Of a stretch of 63,537 nucleotides of DNA, positions 24,606 to 36,682 are shown in pieces. Made by a program: the position numbers and the translations under genes. The DNA is taken from positions 343,078 to 406,614 of the forward strand of contig JBJCIZ010000239.1 of assembly GCA_051294375.1 (NCBI GenBank), written 5' to 3'. Source of the DNA: Paraspadella gotoi. Its lineage: Eukaryota > Animalia > Chaetognatha. Numbering within the stretch: the first letter of the stretch is position 1; each line of letters starts with the position of its first letter. Below the pieces are notes generated by a model. That model made no database searches. It had not been told where the DNA came from and worked only from the letters and a program-made list of their open reading frames with translations.

Positions 24606-26704
24606 GAGGAAAAGTTCAAACAAAGAAGGCGGGAAAAAAATTGCGAAAAAAAATGGAGGTCGACATCTTTCTTTTCTTTACTCGAAAAATTTTAATTTTT
24701 TGAAAGAAAAAAAATTAATGCGTATCGACTCTGTTGTTTATGACTTTTTTTTTCTATTATTTAAAATATTTTAAGTATTTTTTCTTTTAAAGTATTGGTA
24801 GAACAATGATTAAAATTTTATTGGCAATGTTATTATTTTTTTTTCGAAACGTATATTAGTGCCCCAAAAAAATTTCTATATTGAGATATTAACCGAGCAC
24901 TAAAAAAAAAATAGGCAGCGCGATTATAGCCTCGCATGTTGTATGATATAAGAATATCCATATATCTCATGTATATCCATAACATCCATATATCATCCAT
25001 ATAATTTATATTATTTATTATTTAAATTATTTAAATTATTTATTATAATTGAAGTAATAATTGCTTAATCTTAACAACCGACGCTAACCCTCTAACAACC
25101 CCGCCACATTTCAAAACCCCGCCTCCCCTTTCTCCCATCTGTCCACCCGCTCCCTCCCACCTCCTCCACTTTCCCCCTTAATCCACCACTTCTCTCCCTA
25201 TCCTCCCCTCTCATCTCCCCTCCTCCACTCTTCCCTATTCCCCCATTTCTCTCCTATCTCCTTCTCTCCACCGTCCTTCCCACTCATTCCCCCCTTTTCG
25301 ACCACTTCTCTCCCTATCCGCCTCTCTCCTCCACTCTCCACTCTTCCCCCCTTCCACCACTTCTCTCCGCTATCCTGCTGCTTCCTTCCCACCTCCTCCC
25401 ACTCTTCCCCCCTATCCACCACTCTCTCCCTATCTCCTCTTCTCCACTCTCCCACTCTTCCCTATCCACCCAAAAATTCTCTCCCTTCCTCCCCTTCCTC
25501 CCACTTTCCCCCTATTCCCACCCTTCTTATCTCTCTCTCTCCCATCGTCCTCCAACTTTCCCCCTTATCCACATTCTTCCCTATCTCCCTCTCCTCCCAC
25601 TCTTCCCCCCTTCAACCCACTTTTCTCCCTATCTTCTTCTTTCTTCATCTCTCCCCAACTCTTCCCCCTATCCACCATCTCTCTCTTTTTTTTTGTTTGC
25701 GTCATCGTCGTCCCCATCTTCGTCGTCGTCGTCATCGTCGTCTTCACGTACACATCCTTCCTCCAGACAAAACTCCGTTTCCTCTTTTTCTTCCTCCTCT
25801 TCGCGTTGACCTACTTGTCTCTCCAATTATGGCGGCCATATTCCTCGAATCTCGCATCACTGAGTCGTGACGCGAGGGTCACTCGCCTCTTCCTTCTTTC
25901 CTTTTTTTTTTACCTTTTTTCCTTTTTTTTTCTTTTTACTTATTCTCTCGCTTTTTTTATGGTTTCCTTTTTTATTGTTTCCTTTTTTTCTTTTTTCTTA
26001 TTCTCTTGCTTTTTTTATTGTTTGCTTTTTTTCTTTTTCCTTATTCTCCTGCTTTTTTTATTGTTTGCTTTTTTTATTGTTTCCTTTTTTCTTTTTCCTT
26101 ATTCTCCTGCTTTTTTTTTGTTTCCTTTTTTTCTTTTTCCCTATTCTTTTGCTCTTTTTATTGTTTCCTTTTTTCTTTTTCCTTCTTTTCTTGCTATTTT
26201 TTATGGTTTGCTTTTTTTCTTTTTCCTTATTCTGTTATTTTTTTTATTGTTTCCTTTTTTCTTTTAGTTTATTCTCTTAATTTTTTTATTGTTTGCTTTT
26301 TTTATTTTTCCTTATTCTCTTGCTTTTTTTTATTGTTTCCTTTTTTTTTTCCTTATTCTCTTGCTTTTTTTTATTGTTTCCTTTTTTCTTTTCTTTATTT
26401 TCTTGCTTCTTTCTTTTCTACTAGCTTTTTTCGTTATTAATTCTTTTCCATTTTTTTCCATTTTTCTCTATTCTTTTCTTTTTTTCTTCTTTTTTTCCTT
26501 TTTCATCTTTTTTCATCTCCTTTTCCTCTTTTCCTCGTTCTTTATTTTCTCTTCCGCTCGTCCTGTTTCACCCTTGACTTTTGCCCTTTTTTTTCTCGTT
26601 TGTTTCATAATTCGTTCATAATTCGTTCATAAGTTGTTTTGACAAAATCTTTTCTTTCGTCGTCGACTTTTTTAGACAAATATTTCGTCACTTTATTAGA
26701 GCCC

Positions 26705-27438
26705 TGTGGCAGCAAGACTTAAAGCTGCCTCACTGCTATCCGTCCTCAGCCTCGTCTCAATGGCTGAGCAGGCTAAATCATCTCATTTCCATCCGTGCGT
26801 CCCGGGTTCAATCCCTGGGTATCCCGGTTCTGGCTTAAATGTGACGGTGCCGGTATAAACATGCCAGTGACAGGAGGCGGTCACTGAGGGTCCGCAGTCC
26901 CTACGTCAGTTGGTGAGATACCCCGAGCCCCGGGTATCACACGCTATCCTCCATTGCCTAAAGTGGTGAGCCCTACACTCAAAACGCAACCGCTGCGCAC
27001 CGTGCGCCCACGCTTACGTTGCTTAGGGTATGCATATCACGCCTATGCCTACTTCTCTGGTAACGCTCCAGACTCGCTCGCTCGCTCGCCCGCTCGCTCT
27101 CACTATGGCAATGAGATCAAAATCTTCTCTCAGACATCTCCTCAGGATTGAGGCCCCTGTGGAGAAGTCTGGTGGGGGATCCTGTGGCAGCAAGACTTAA
27201 AGCTGCCTCACTGCGGTCCATCCTCAGCCTCGTCCTCAATGGCTGAGCAGGCTAAATCATCTCATTTCCATCGCGTGTGTCCCGGATCAACCCTGGGTAT
27301 CCCGGTTCTGGCTTAAATGTGACGGTGCCGTTATAACATGCCAGTGACAGGAGGCGGTCACTGAGGGTCCGCAGCCCCTACGCCAGTTGGTGAGATACCC
27401 TGCGCCCCGGGTATCACAGGCTATCTCCGTTGCCCATA
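26705..27438 (+). mobile_element. Same TRIM insertion, assembly copy 2
   Basis: Same flanks and TSD; LTR2 starts at 27183. Confidence 0.8.
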
Positions 27439-28305
27439 GCCCCATCTTTGTCAATGGGGTGGGTCAGAAATCTGATTTGGGAATCTTCCCAAATCAAACT
27501 TTATTCAATGTATGAGAACACTTTGAATGGAATATTAATTTTTTGATATTTATTCATAAATAAGAAATATTAAAAATTGTTTTCTCTTTCTTTTCTTGTT
27601 GTTTCTTTTCCCTTTCTTTTTCCCTGCTTCCTTTTTTATTTCATTTTCTTCTTCTTCTCTTCTCTTCTCTTCTCTTCTCTTCTCTTCTCCGCCAGTGACT
27701 GGAGGCGTCACTGACGGTCGAAGCCCCCATGCCCCATCCCAATGGGCATCGCAGTCAACCCGGCTGTTGACATAATGTATTCATTTATTTCATATAGTTG
27801 TAATATTGACTTCGCGGAATTCGTTTCTCCGTTAAGTCGGTGCAATGTTTCCATGGCGACGAACAGTCGTCGTTTCCTTTGGATCCGTCACAATTCAATT
27901 CTCCTCTCATTTCTGACAAACCATCGTCAAACCGTCGTCAAAGACTAACGCAACCGTCTCGCACAATTGCCTCGTTGCAACATCCCCCCAGACTGTCAAC
28001 GACCAACCAGTTTCCCACCGCATTCATACCTTCGTCCCAATTTTTTTTTGGCTTCGAGCATCGGCCCAGGTTTACCCCCCCCTTTTTTTTCGGGACTCCG
28101 TTTCAAAGCGGCCCCTCGGGCTCGATTAAGTCGTCGCGAGCGGTAATGACCGAAAAAGGGAGAGAAAGCGACGAATAGCGATCGAGGACTCGGGGCGATT
28201 GGACCAATCAGAAGTCGAGAAAGTGGGGGTGAGGTGAGGAGAGGGAAGAGAGGTGATTCAAAGCGGGGGGGGGTGGAAGGCGGAGGATTCAGTAGGGTGA
28301 GCGAG

Positions 28306-28366
<61 letters not shown>

Positions 28367-28426
28367 TGTTGATCTAACAAAGCGGAGCAAGAAGGAGACT
28401 GTACCAGCAAATTGGAATGCAGGAGT

Positions 28427-28482
<56 letters not shown>

Positions 28483-30335
28483 AGAAAGAGAGAGACAGAG
28501 ACAGAAAAAAAAATCGATTCTGAGTTTTGAAAGGCGGAAGTTGACGTGAGTCCGATGAAGCTTTTAAACCAAGGTTGTCGAGGCTAAGTGACGTGAATGT
28601 CGTCGTCGTCATTGTCGTCTTTATCGTCGTCGTCTTTATCGTCGTCATTGTCGTCGTCTTTGTCTTCATTGGTATCTTCTTCGTTGTCGTAATCATCAAT
28701 GTCATCGTAGTCGCTTTTTCGGCCTTTGTCGTATCATATTTTTGTTTACATTTTATGTCGCGTCACTGTCGTTGTCATTGTTATTGTCAACATTATTTAC
28801 GTTTATCAAAGGAAGGTCGACATAGTTTGGTGTTTGTTCATTTGTCATCATCTTGGATTCGTCGTCCTTGTTAAAAATCGTCATTTGTCATCGTCTTCTA
28901 TATAATCTTCCTTATCATAACCGCCGTTATTGTCATTATCATTGATGCCGTCTTCGTAAATTCGTCACTGTCGACACCATCATTTTCACTATTGTCGTCG
29001 TCAACATCGTCGTCCCCTTCTTCGTCATTGTCGTCATCGTCCCCATCGTAGTCTTCGTCGTTGTCGCCATTGTCGTCCCATCTTTGTCGTCATCGTCGTC
29101 CCAATCTTCGTCGTCCCCATCGTTGTCATCGTCATTGTCGTCATCATCGTCGTCGTCGTCGCCACCATCGTCCCCTTCTTCGTCGTCATTGTCGTCGTCG
29201 CCATCGTCGTCCCCTTATTCGTCGTTGTCATAATCATTGTCGTTGTAGTTATCATCGTCCCCATCTTTGTCATCATCGTCATCATCGTCGTCCCCATCTT
29301 CGTCGTCATCATCGTCGTCGCCATCGTCGTCCCCATCTTCGTCGTCATCGTCGTCCCCATCTTCGTCGTCATCGTCATCGTCGTCTTCACGTACACATCC
29401 TTCCTCCAGACAAAACTCCGTTTCCTCTTTTTCTTCCTCCTCTTCGCGTTGACCTACTTGTCTCTCCAATTATGGCGGCCATATTCCTCGAATCTCGCAT
29501 CACTGAGTCGTGACGCGAGGGTCACTCGCCTCTTCCTTCTTTCCTTTTTTTTTACCTTTTTTCCTTTTTTTTCTTTTTACTTATTCTCTCGCTTTTTTTA
29601 TGGTTTCCTTTTTTATTGTTTCCTTTTTTTCTTTTTTCTTATTCTCTTGCTTTTTTTATTGTTTGCTTTTTTCTTTTTCCTTATTCTCCTGCTTTTTTAT
29701 TGTTTGCTTTTTTTATTGTTTCCTTTTTTCTTTTCCTTATTCTCCTGCTTTTTTTTTGTTTCCTTTTTTTCTTTTCCCTATTCTTTTGCTCTTTTTATTG
29801 TTTCCTTTTTCTTTTTCCTTCTTTTCTTGCTATTTTTTATGGTTTGCTTTTTTTCTTTTTCCTTATTCTGTTATTTTTTTATTGTTTCCTTTTTTCTTTT
29901 AGTTTATTCTCTTAATTTTTTTATTGTTTGCTTTTTTTATTTTTCCTTATTCTCTTGCTTTTTTTTATTGTTTCCTTTTTTTTTCCTTATTCTCTTGCTT
30001 TTTTTATTGTTTCCTTTTTTCTTTTCTTTATTTTCTTGCTTCTTTCTTTTCTACTAGCTTTTTTCGTTATTAATTCTTTTCGATTTTTTTCCATTTTTCT
30101 CTATTCTTTTCTTTTTTTCTTCTTTTTTCCTTTTTCATCTTTTTTCATCTCCTTTTCCTCTTTTCCTCGTTCTTTATTTTCTCTTCCGCTCGTCCTGTTT
30201 CACCCTTGACTTTTGCCCTTTTTTTCTCGTTTGTTTCATAATTCGTTCATAATTCGTTCATAAGTTGTTTTGACAAAATCTTTTCTTTCGTCGTCGACTT
30301 TTTTAGACAAATATTTCGTCACTTTATTAGAGCCC

Positions 30336-31070
30336 TGTGGCAGCAAGACTTAAAGCTGCCTCACTGCTATCCGTCCTCAGCCTCGTCTCAATGGCTGAGC
30401 AGGCTAAATCATCTCATTTCCATCCGTGCGTCCCGGGTTCAATCCCTGGGTATCCCGGTTCTGGCTTAAATGTGACGGTGCCGGTATAAACATGCAGTGA
30501 CAGGAGGCGGTCACTGAGGGTCCGCAGTCCTACGTCAGTTGGTGAGATACCCCGAGCCCCGGGTATCACACGCTATCCTCCCATTGCCTAAAGTGGTGAG
30601 CCCTACTCTCAAACACGCAACCGCTGCGCACCGTGCGCCCACGCTTACGTTGCTTAGGGTATGCATATCACGCCTATGCCCTACTTCTCTGGTAACGCTC
30701 CAGACTCGCTCGCTCGCTCGCCCGCTCGCTCTCACTATGGCAATGAGATCAAAATCTTCTCTCAGACATCTCCTCAGGATTGAGGCCCCTGTGGAGAAGT
30801 CTGGTGGGGGATCCTGTGGCAGCAAGACTTAAAGCTGCCTCACTGCGGTCCATCCTCAGCCTCGTCTCAATGGCTGAGCAGGCTAAATCATCTCATTTCC
30901 ATCCGTGTGTCCCGATTCAATCCCTGGGTATCCCGGTTCTGGCTTAAATGTGACGGTGCCGTTATAAACATGCCAGTGACAGGAGGCGGTCACTGAGGGT
31001 CCGCAGCCCCTACGCCAGTTGGTGAGATACCCTGCGCCCCGGGTATCACAGCTATCCTCCCGTTGCCATA
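30336..31070 (+). mobile_element. TRIM-type non-autonomous LTR retroelement with tRNA-like Pol III promoter in LTRs (Helenus-like)
   Basis: LTR1 30336-~30591 and LTR2 30815-31070 (about 256 bp, TGTGGCAGC...GTTGCCATA imperfect inverted termini). TSD GCCC at 30332-35 and 31071-74. PBS-like TGGTGAGCCC at 30594; PPT GGTGGGGGA at 30803-30811. A box at 30392, B box at 30436. Confidence 0.85.
30392..30446 (+). promoter_or_regulatory. tRNA-derived type-2 Pol III internal promoter in the 5' LTR
   Basis: A box TGGCTGAGCAGG and B box GGTTCAATCCC at about 45-nt tRNA-like spacing; T-arm-like stem CCGGG-TTCAATC-CCTGG. No intact acceptor or anticodon stems, so not a functional tRNA gene. Confidence 0.75.
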
Positions 31071-32286
31071 GCCCATCTTTGTCAATGGGTGGGTCAGAAA
31101 TCTGATTTGGGAATCTTCCCAAATCAAACTTTATTCAATGTATGAGAACACTTTGAATGGAATATTAATTTTTTGATATTTATTCATAAATAAGAAATAT
31201 TAAAAATTGTTTTCTCTTTCTTTTCTTGTTGTTTCTTTTCCCTTTCTTTTTCCCTGCTTCCTTTTTTATTTCATTTTCTTCTTCTTCTCTTCTCTTCTCT
31301 TCTCTTCTCTTCTCTTCTCTTCTCTTCTCTTCTCTTCTCTTTCCCACCCTCAAAATCCCGTCAACTCACCAACCCCTTCCTACTCTCCCCCTCTCTCCCC
31401 CGAAAACAGTTGCCTTAAACNNNNNNNNNNNNNNNNNNNNNNNNNCCCCGCCACCACCACCACGATCCGGCGCCCTCTATCGGCGCGGGTTCCATCTCCG
31501 AGTCGGCGTCGGCGTCGACGGTGACGACGCCGCATCCCAACTACGCCCATCCGGTCGTCAACAACCACGGCGCCGTCGGTGAGTGGGTAGTGGAAGTGAG
31601 ATGATAAATGATTAATAATTAATGATGAAAAATGATAAATGATTAATGATAAATGATGATAAATGATTAACGCCAGTGACTGGAGGCGTCACTGACGGTC
31701 GAAGCCCCCATGCCCCATCCCAATGGGCATCGCAGTCAACCCGGCTGTTGACATAATGTATTCATTTATTTCATATAGTTGTAATATTGACTTCGCGGAA
31801 TTCGTTTCTCCGTTAAGTCGGTGCAATGTTTCCATGGCGACGAACAGTCGTCGTTTCCTTTGGATCCGTCACAATTCAATTCTCCTCTCATTTCTGACAA
31901 ACCATCGTCAAACCGTCGTCAAAGACTAACGCAACCGTCTCGCACAATTGCCTCGTTGCAACATCCCCCCAGACTGTCAACGACCAACCAGTTTCCCACC
32001 GCATTCATACCTTCGTCCCAATTTTTTTTTGGCTTCGAGCATCGGCCCAGGTTTACCCCCCCCTTTTTTTTCGGGACTCCGTTTCAAAGCGGCCCCTCGG
32101 GCTCGATTAAGTCGTCGCGAGCGGTAATGACCGAAAAAGGGAGAGAAAGCGACGAATAGCGATCGAGGACTCGGGGCGATTGGACCAATCAGAAGTCGAG
32201 AAAGTGGGGGTGAGGTGAGGAGAGGGAAGAGAGGTGATTCAAAGCGGGGGGGGGTGGAAGGCGGAGGATTCAGTAGGGTGAGCGAG

Positions 32287-32347
<61 letters not shown>

Positions 32348-32407
32348 TGTTGATCTAACAAAGCGGAGCAAGAAGGAGACTGTACCAGCAAATTGGAATG
32401 CAGGAGT

Positions 32408-32463
<56 letters not shown>

Positions 32464-34316
32464 AGAAAGAGAGAGACAGAGACAGAAAAAAAAATCGATT
32501 CTGAGTTTTGAAAGGCGGAAGTTGACGTGAGTCCGATGAAGCTTTTAAACCAAGGTTGTCGAGGCTAAGTGACGTGAATGTCGTCGTCGTCATTGTCGTC
32601 TTTATCGTCGTCGTCTTTATCGTCGTCATTGTCGTCGTCTTTGTCTTCATTGGTATCTTCTTCGTTGTCGTAATCATCAATGTCATCGTAGTCGCTTTTT
32701 CGGCCTTTGTCGTATCATATTTTTGTTTACATTTTATGTCGCGTCACTGTCGTTGTCATTGTTATTGTCAACATTATTTACGTTTATCAAAGGAAGGTCG
32801 ACATAGTTTGGTGTTTGTTCATTTGTCATCATCTTGGATTCGTCGTCCTTGTTAAAAATCGTCATTTGTCATCGTCTTCTATATAATCTTCCTTATCATA
32901 ACCGCCGTTATTGTCATTATCATTGATGCCGTCTTCGTAAATTCGTCACTGTCGACACCATCATTTTCACTATTGTCGTCGTCAACATCGTCGTCCCCTT
33001 CTTCGTCATTGTCGTCATCGTCCCCATCGTAGTCTTCGTCGTTGTCGCCATTGTCGTCCCATCTTTGTCGTCATCGTCGTCCCAATCTTCGTCGTCCCCA
33101 TCGTTGTCATCGTCATTGTCGTCATCATCGTCGTCGTCGTCGCCACCATCGTCCCCTTCTTCGTCGTCATTGTCGTCGTCGCCATCGTCGTCCCCTTATT
33201 CGTCGTTGTCATAATCATTGTCGTTGTAGTTATCATCGTCCCCATCTTTGTCATCATCGTCATCATCGTCGTCCCCATCTTCGTCGTCATCATCGTCGTC
33301 GCCATCGTCGTCCCCATCTTCGTCGTCATCGTCGTCCCCATCTTCGTCGTCATCGTCATCGTCGTCTTCACGTACACATCCTTCCTCCAGACAAAACTCC
33401 GTTTCCTCTTTTTCTTCCTCCTCTTCGCGTTGACCTACTTGTCTCTCCAATTATGGCGGCCATATTCCTCGAATCTCGCATCACTGAGTCGTGACGCGAG
33501 GGTCACTCGCCTCTTCCTTCTTTCCTTTTTTTTTACCTTTTTTCCTTTTTTTTCTTTTTACTTATTCTCTCGCTTTTTTTATGGTTTCCTTTTTTATTGT
33601 TTCCTTTTTTTCTTTTTTCTTATTCTCTTGCTTTTTTTATTGTTTGCTTTTTTCTTTTTCCTTATTCTCCTGCTTTTTTATTGTTTGCTTTTTTTATTGT
33701 TTCCTTTTTTCTTTTCCTTATTCTCCTGCTTTTTTTTTGTTTCCTTTTTTTCTTTTCCCTATTCTTTTGCTCTTTTTATTGTTTCCTTTTTCTTTTTCCT
33801 TCTTTTCTTGCTATTTTTTATGGTTTGCTTTTTTTCTTTTTCCTTATTCTGTTATTTTTTTATTGTTTCCTTTTTTCTTTTAGTTTATTCTCTTAATTTT
33901 TTTATTGTTTGCTTTTTTTATTTTTCCTTATTCTCTTGCTTTTTTTTATTGTTTCCTTTTTTTTTCCTTATTCTCTTGCTTTTTTTATTGTTTCCTTTTT
34001 TCTTTTCTTTATTTTCTTGCTTCTTTCTTTTCTACTAGCTTTTTTCGTTATTAATTCTTTTCGATTTTTTTCCATTTTTCTCTATTCTTTTCTTTTTTTC
34101 TTCTTTTTTCCTTTTTCATCTTTTTTCATCTCCTTTTCCTCTTTTCCTCGTTCTTTATTTTCTCTTCCGCTCGTCCTGTTTCACCCTTGACTTTTGCCCT
34201 TTTTTTCTCGTTTGTTTCATAATTCGTTCATAATTCGTTCATAAGTTGTTTTGACAAAATCTTTTCTTTCGTCGTCGACTTTTTTAGACAAATATTTCGT
34301 CACTTTATTAGAGCCC

Positions 34317-35051
34317 TGTGGCAGCAAGACTTAAAGCTGCCTCACTGCTATCCGTCCTCAGCCTCGTCTCAATGGCTGAGCAGGCTAAATCATCTCATTT
34401 CCATCCGTGCGTCCCGGGTTCAATCCCTGGGTATCCCGGTTCTGGCTTAAATGTGACGGTGCCGGTATAAACATGCAGTGACAGGAGGCGGTCACTGAGG
34501 GTCCGCAGTCCTACGTCAGTTGGTGAGATACCCCGAGCCCCGGGTATCACACGCTATCCTCCCATTGCCTAAAGTGGTGAGCCCTACTCTCAAACACGCA
34601 ACCGCTGCGCACCGTGCGCCCACGCTTACGTTGCTTAGGGTATGCATATCACGCCTATGCCCTACTTCTCTGGTAACGCTCCAGACTCGCTCGCTCGCTC
34701 GCCCGCTCGCTCTCACTATGGCAATGAGATCAAAATCTTCTCTCAGACATCTCCTCAGGATTGAGGCCCCTGTGGAGAAGTCTGGTGGGGGATCCTGTGG
34801 CAGCAAGACTTAAAGCTGCCTCACTGCGGTCCATCCTCAGCCTCGTCTCAATGGCTGAGCAGGCTAAATCATCTCATTTCCATCCGTGTGTCCCGATTCA
34901 ATCCCTGGGTATCCCGGTTCTGGCTTAAATGTGACGGTGCCGTTATAAACATGCCAGTGACAGGAGGCGGTCACTGAGGGTCCGCAGCCCCTACGCCAGT
35001 TGGTGAGATACCCTGCGCCCCGGGTATCACAGCTATCCTCCCGTTGCCATA
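34317..35051 (+). mobile_element. Same TRIM insertion, assembly copy 4
   Basis: Matches 30336-31070 at offset 3981. Confidence 0.8.
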
Positions 35052-35390
35052 GCCCATCTTTGTCAATGGGTGGGTCAGAAATCTGATTTGGGAATCTTCC
35101 CAAATCAAACTTTATTCAATGTATGAGAACACTTTGAATGGAATATTAATTTTTTGATATTTATTCATAAATAAGAAATATTAAAAATTGTTTTCTCTTT
35201 CTTTTCTTGTTGTTTCTTTTCCCTTTCTTTTTCCCTGCTTCCTTTTTTATTTCATTTTCTTCTTCTTCTCTTCTCTTCTCTTCTCTTCTCTTCTCTTCTC
35301 TTCTCTTCTCTTCTCTTCTCTTTCCCACCCTCAAAATCCCGTCAACTCACCAACCCCTTCCTACTCTCCCCCTCTCTCCCCCGAAAACAG

Positions 35391-35533
35391 TTGCCTTAAA
35401 CCCCCGCCACCACCACCACGATCCGGCGCCCTCTATCGGCGCGGGTTCCATCTCCGAGTCGGCGTCGGCGTCGACGTGACGACGCCGCATCCCAACTACG
35501 CCCATCCGGTCGTCAACAACCACGGCGCCGTCG
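35391..35533 (+). CDS. FN3-TM receptor cytoplasmic exon (consensus VALNPRHHHHDPAPSIGAGSISESASASTVTTPHPNYAHPVVNNHGAV); other assembly copies at 20764-20902 and 31410-31578
   Basis: aaacag acceptor and GTGAGT donor; phase 1->1 once single-base indels or an N gap differing among the three copies are reconciled. Confidence 0.7.
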
Positions 35534-36349
35534 GTGAGTGGGTAGTGGAAGTGAGATGATAAATGATTAATAATTAATGATGAAAAATGATAAATGATTA
35601 ATGATAAATGATGATAAATGATTAATGATAAATGATTAAAGATTAATGATTAATGATGATANNNNNNNNNNNNNNNNNNNNNNNNNAATGATGATAAATA
35701 ATTAATGATATATGATGATAAATGATTAATGATTAATGATAAATGATTAATGATAAATGATGATAAATGATTAATGATAAATAATAATAAATAATAAATG
35801 ATACAAACACGAGATACCGATAGATAAAACTGGCTATAAATTTATAAAATGAACTGCTGATATTAAATAATCAATAAAATCGATGAAATAGAAACCATAG
35901 ATACCATAAATACTATTATTATTATTTTATTTTTATAAAAATAAAAATAAAATAAAAATACTACTCCTGAAGCCTTTCATAGTGAAATAATTTATAAATT
36001 CTCCAGAAATAATTTACCCTGCAAATGGTTAATATAGTATTACTTGGGATCAAAGCAAGACAATCAATGAAATGCAGTCTGAAACTTTTTCCGATTTGAT
36101 AAACTTAGTTTATGTTTTTATTTGTCTGTTTGTTGGTATCTTTGTTAAGTTTACTTTTTTATTTGAGCTGCTTTGGCTCAAACAACGACAAAAAATCAAA
36201 ACAACACAAAAAAGTCCTATTTTTTTTTTCGCTTTCCCCTGAAAATGTTTCGAATTTCTTTATTTGTCGAAACCTTACCTCGCCCTTCCTCCTTTTCCCT
36301 CCTCCTCTTCCTCCTCCTCCTCCTTCTCCTCCTCCTCCACCTTTCACAG

Positions 36350-36470
36350 GTCATCATTCGTTCAATCACAACGGAAACCTGATGCTGAACGAAAGAGAAT
36401 TCCTTGCCAGTTATCACATGGGACCCTATCACAGCACTGCTTCCAACACTCTCAAAACCTTGCCACTCAG
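36350..36470 (+). CDS. FN3-TM receptor cytoplasmic exon GHHSFNHNGNLMLNEREFLASYHMGPYHSTASNTLKTLPL(R); indel-bearing copy at 21676-21793
   Basis: ttcacag acceptor and GTAAGT donor; open frame, phase 1->2. Confidence 0.75.
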
Positions 36471-36682
36471 GTAAGTTATCTATATACCAGCACTACATTA
36501 AATACTTTTAAAACCTTGCCACTAAGGTAAGTTATCTATATACCAGCACTACATTAAATACTTTTAAAACCTTGCCCCTCAGGTAAGTTATCTATATTCC
36601 AGCACGACATTAAATACTTTTAAAACCTTGCCACTCAGGTAAGTTATCTATATACCAGCCCTACATTAAATACTTTTAAAAC
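36454..36682 (+). repeat. 56-bp minisatellite containing the exon donor site, 4 copies (duplicate at about 21777-22008)
   Basis: AG|GTAAGTT with GT at 36471, 36527, 36583 and 36639 (56-bp period). Confidence 0.9.

Noticed and set aside
30385-30455. Functional tRNA gene
   Set aside because: A/B boxes and T-arm are present, but acceptor and anticodon stems do not pair and no T4 terminator follows.
30472-30519. SECIS-like element (GTGA-N12-AAA...TGAG)
   Set aside because: The required helix II does not pair, and a competing CAGTGAC/GTCACTG stem is better supported.
30336-30591. Hammerhead, HDV-like or twister ribozyme (retrozyme) in the LTR
   Set aside because: Minus-strand CTGAGGA lacks the downstream GAAA; GCC-TCC..-GGC lacks P1/P1.1 partners; no twister core found by eye.
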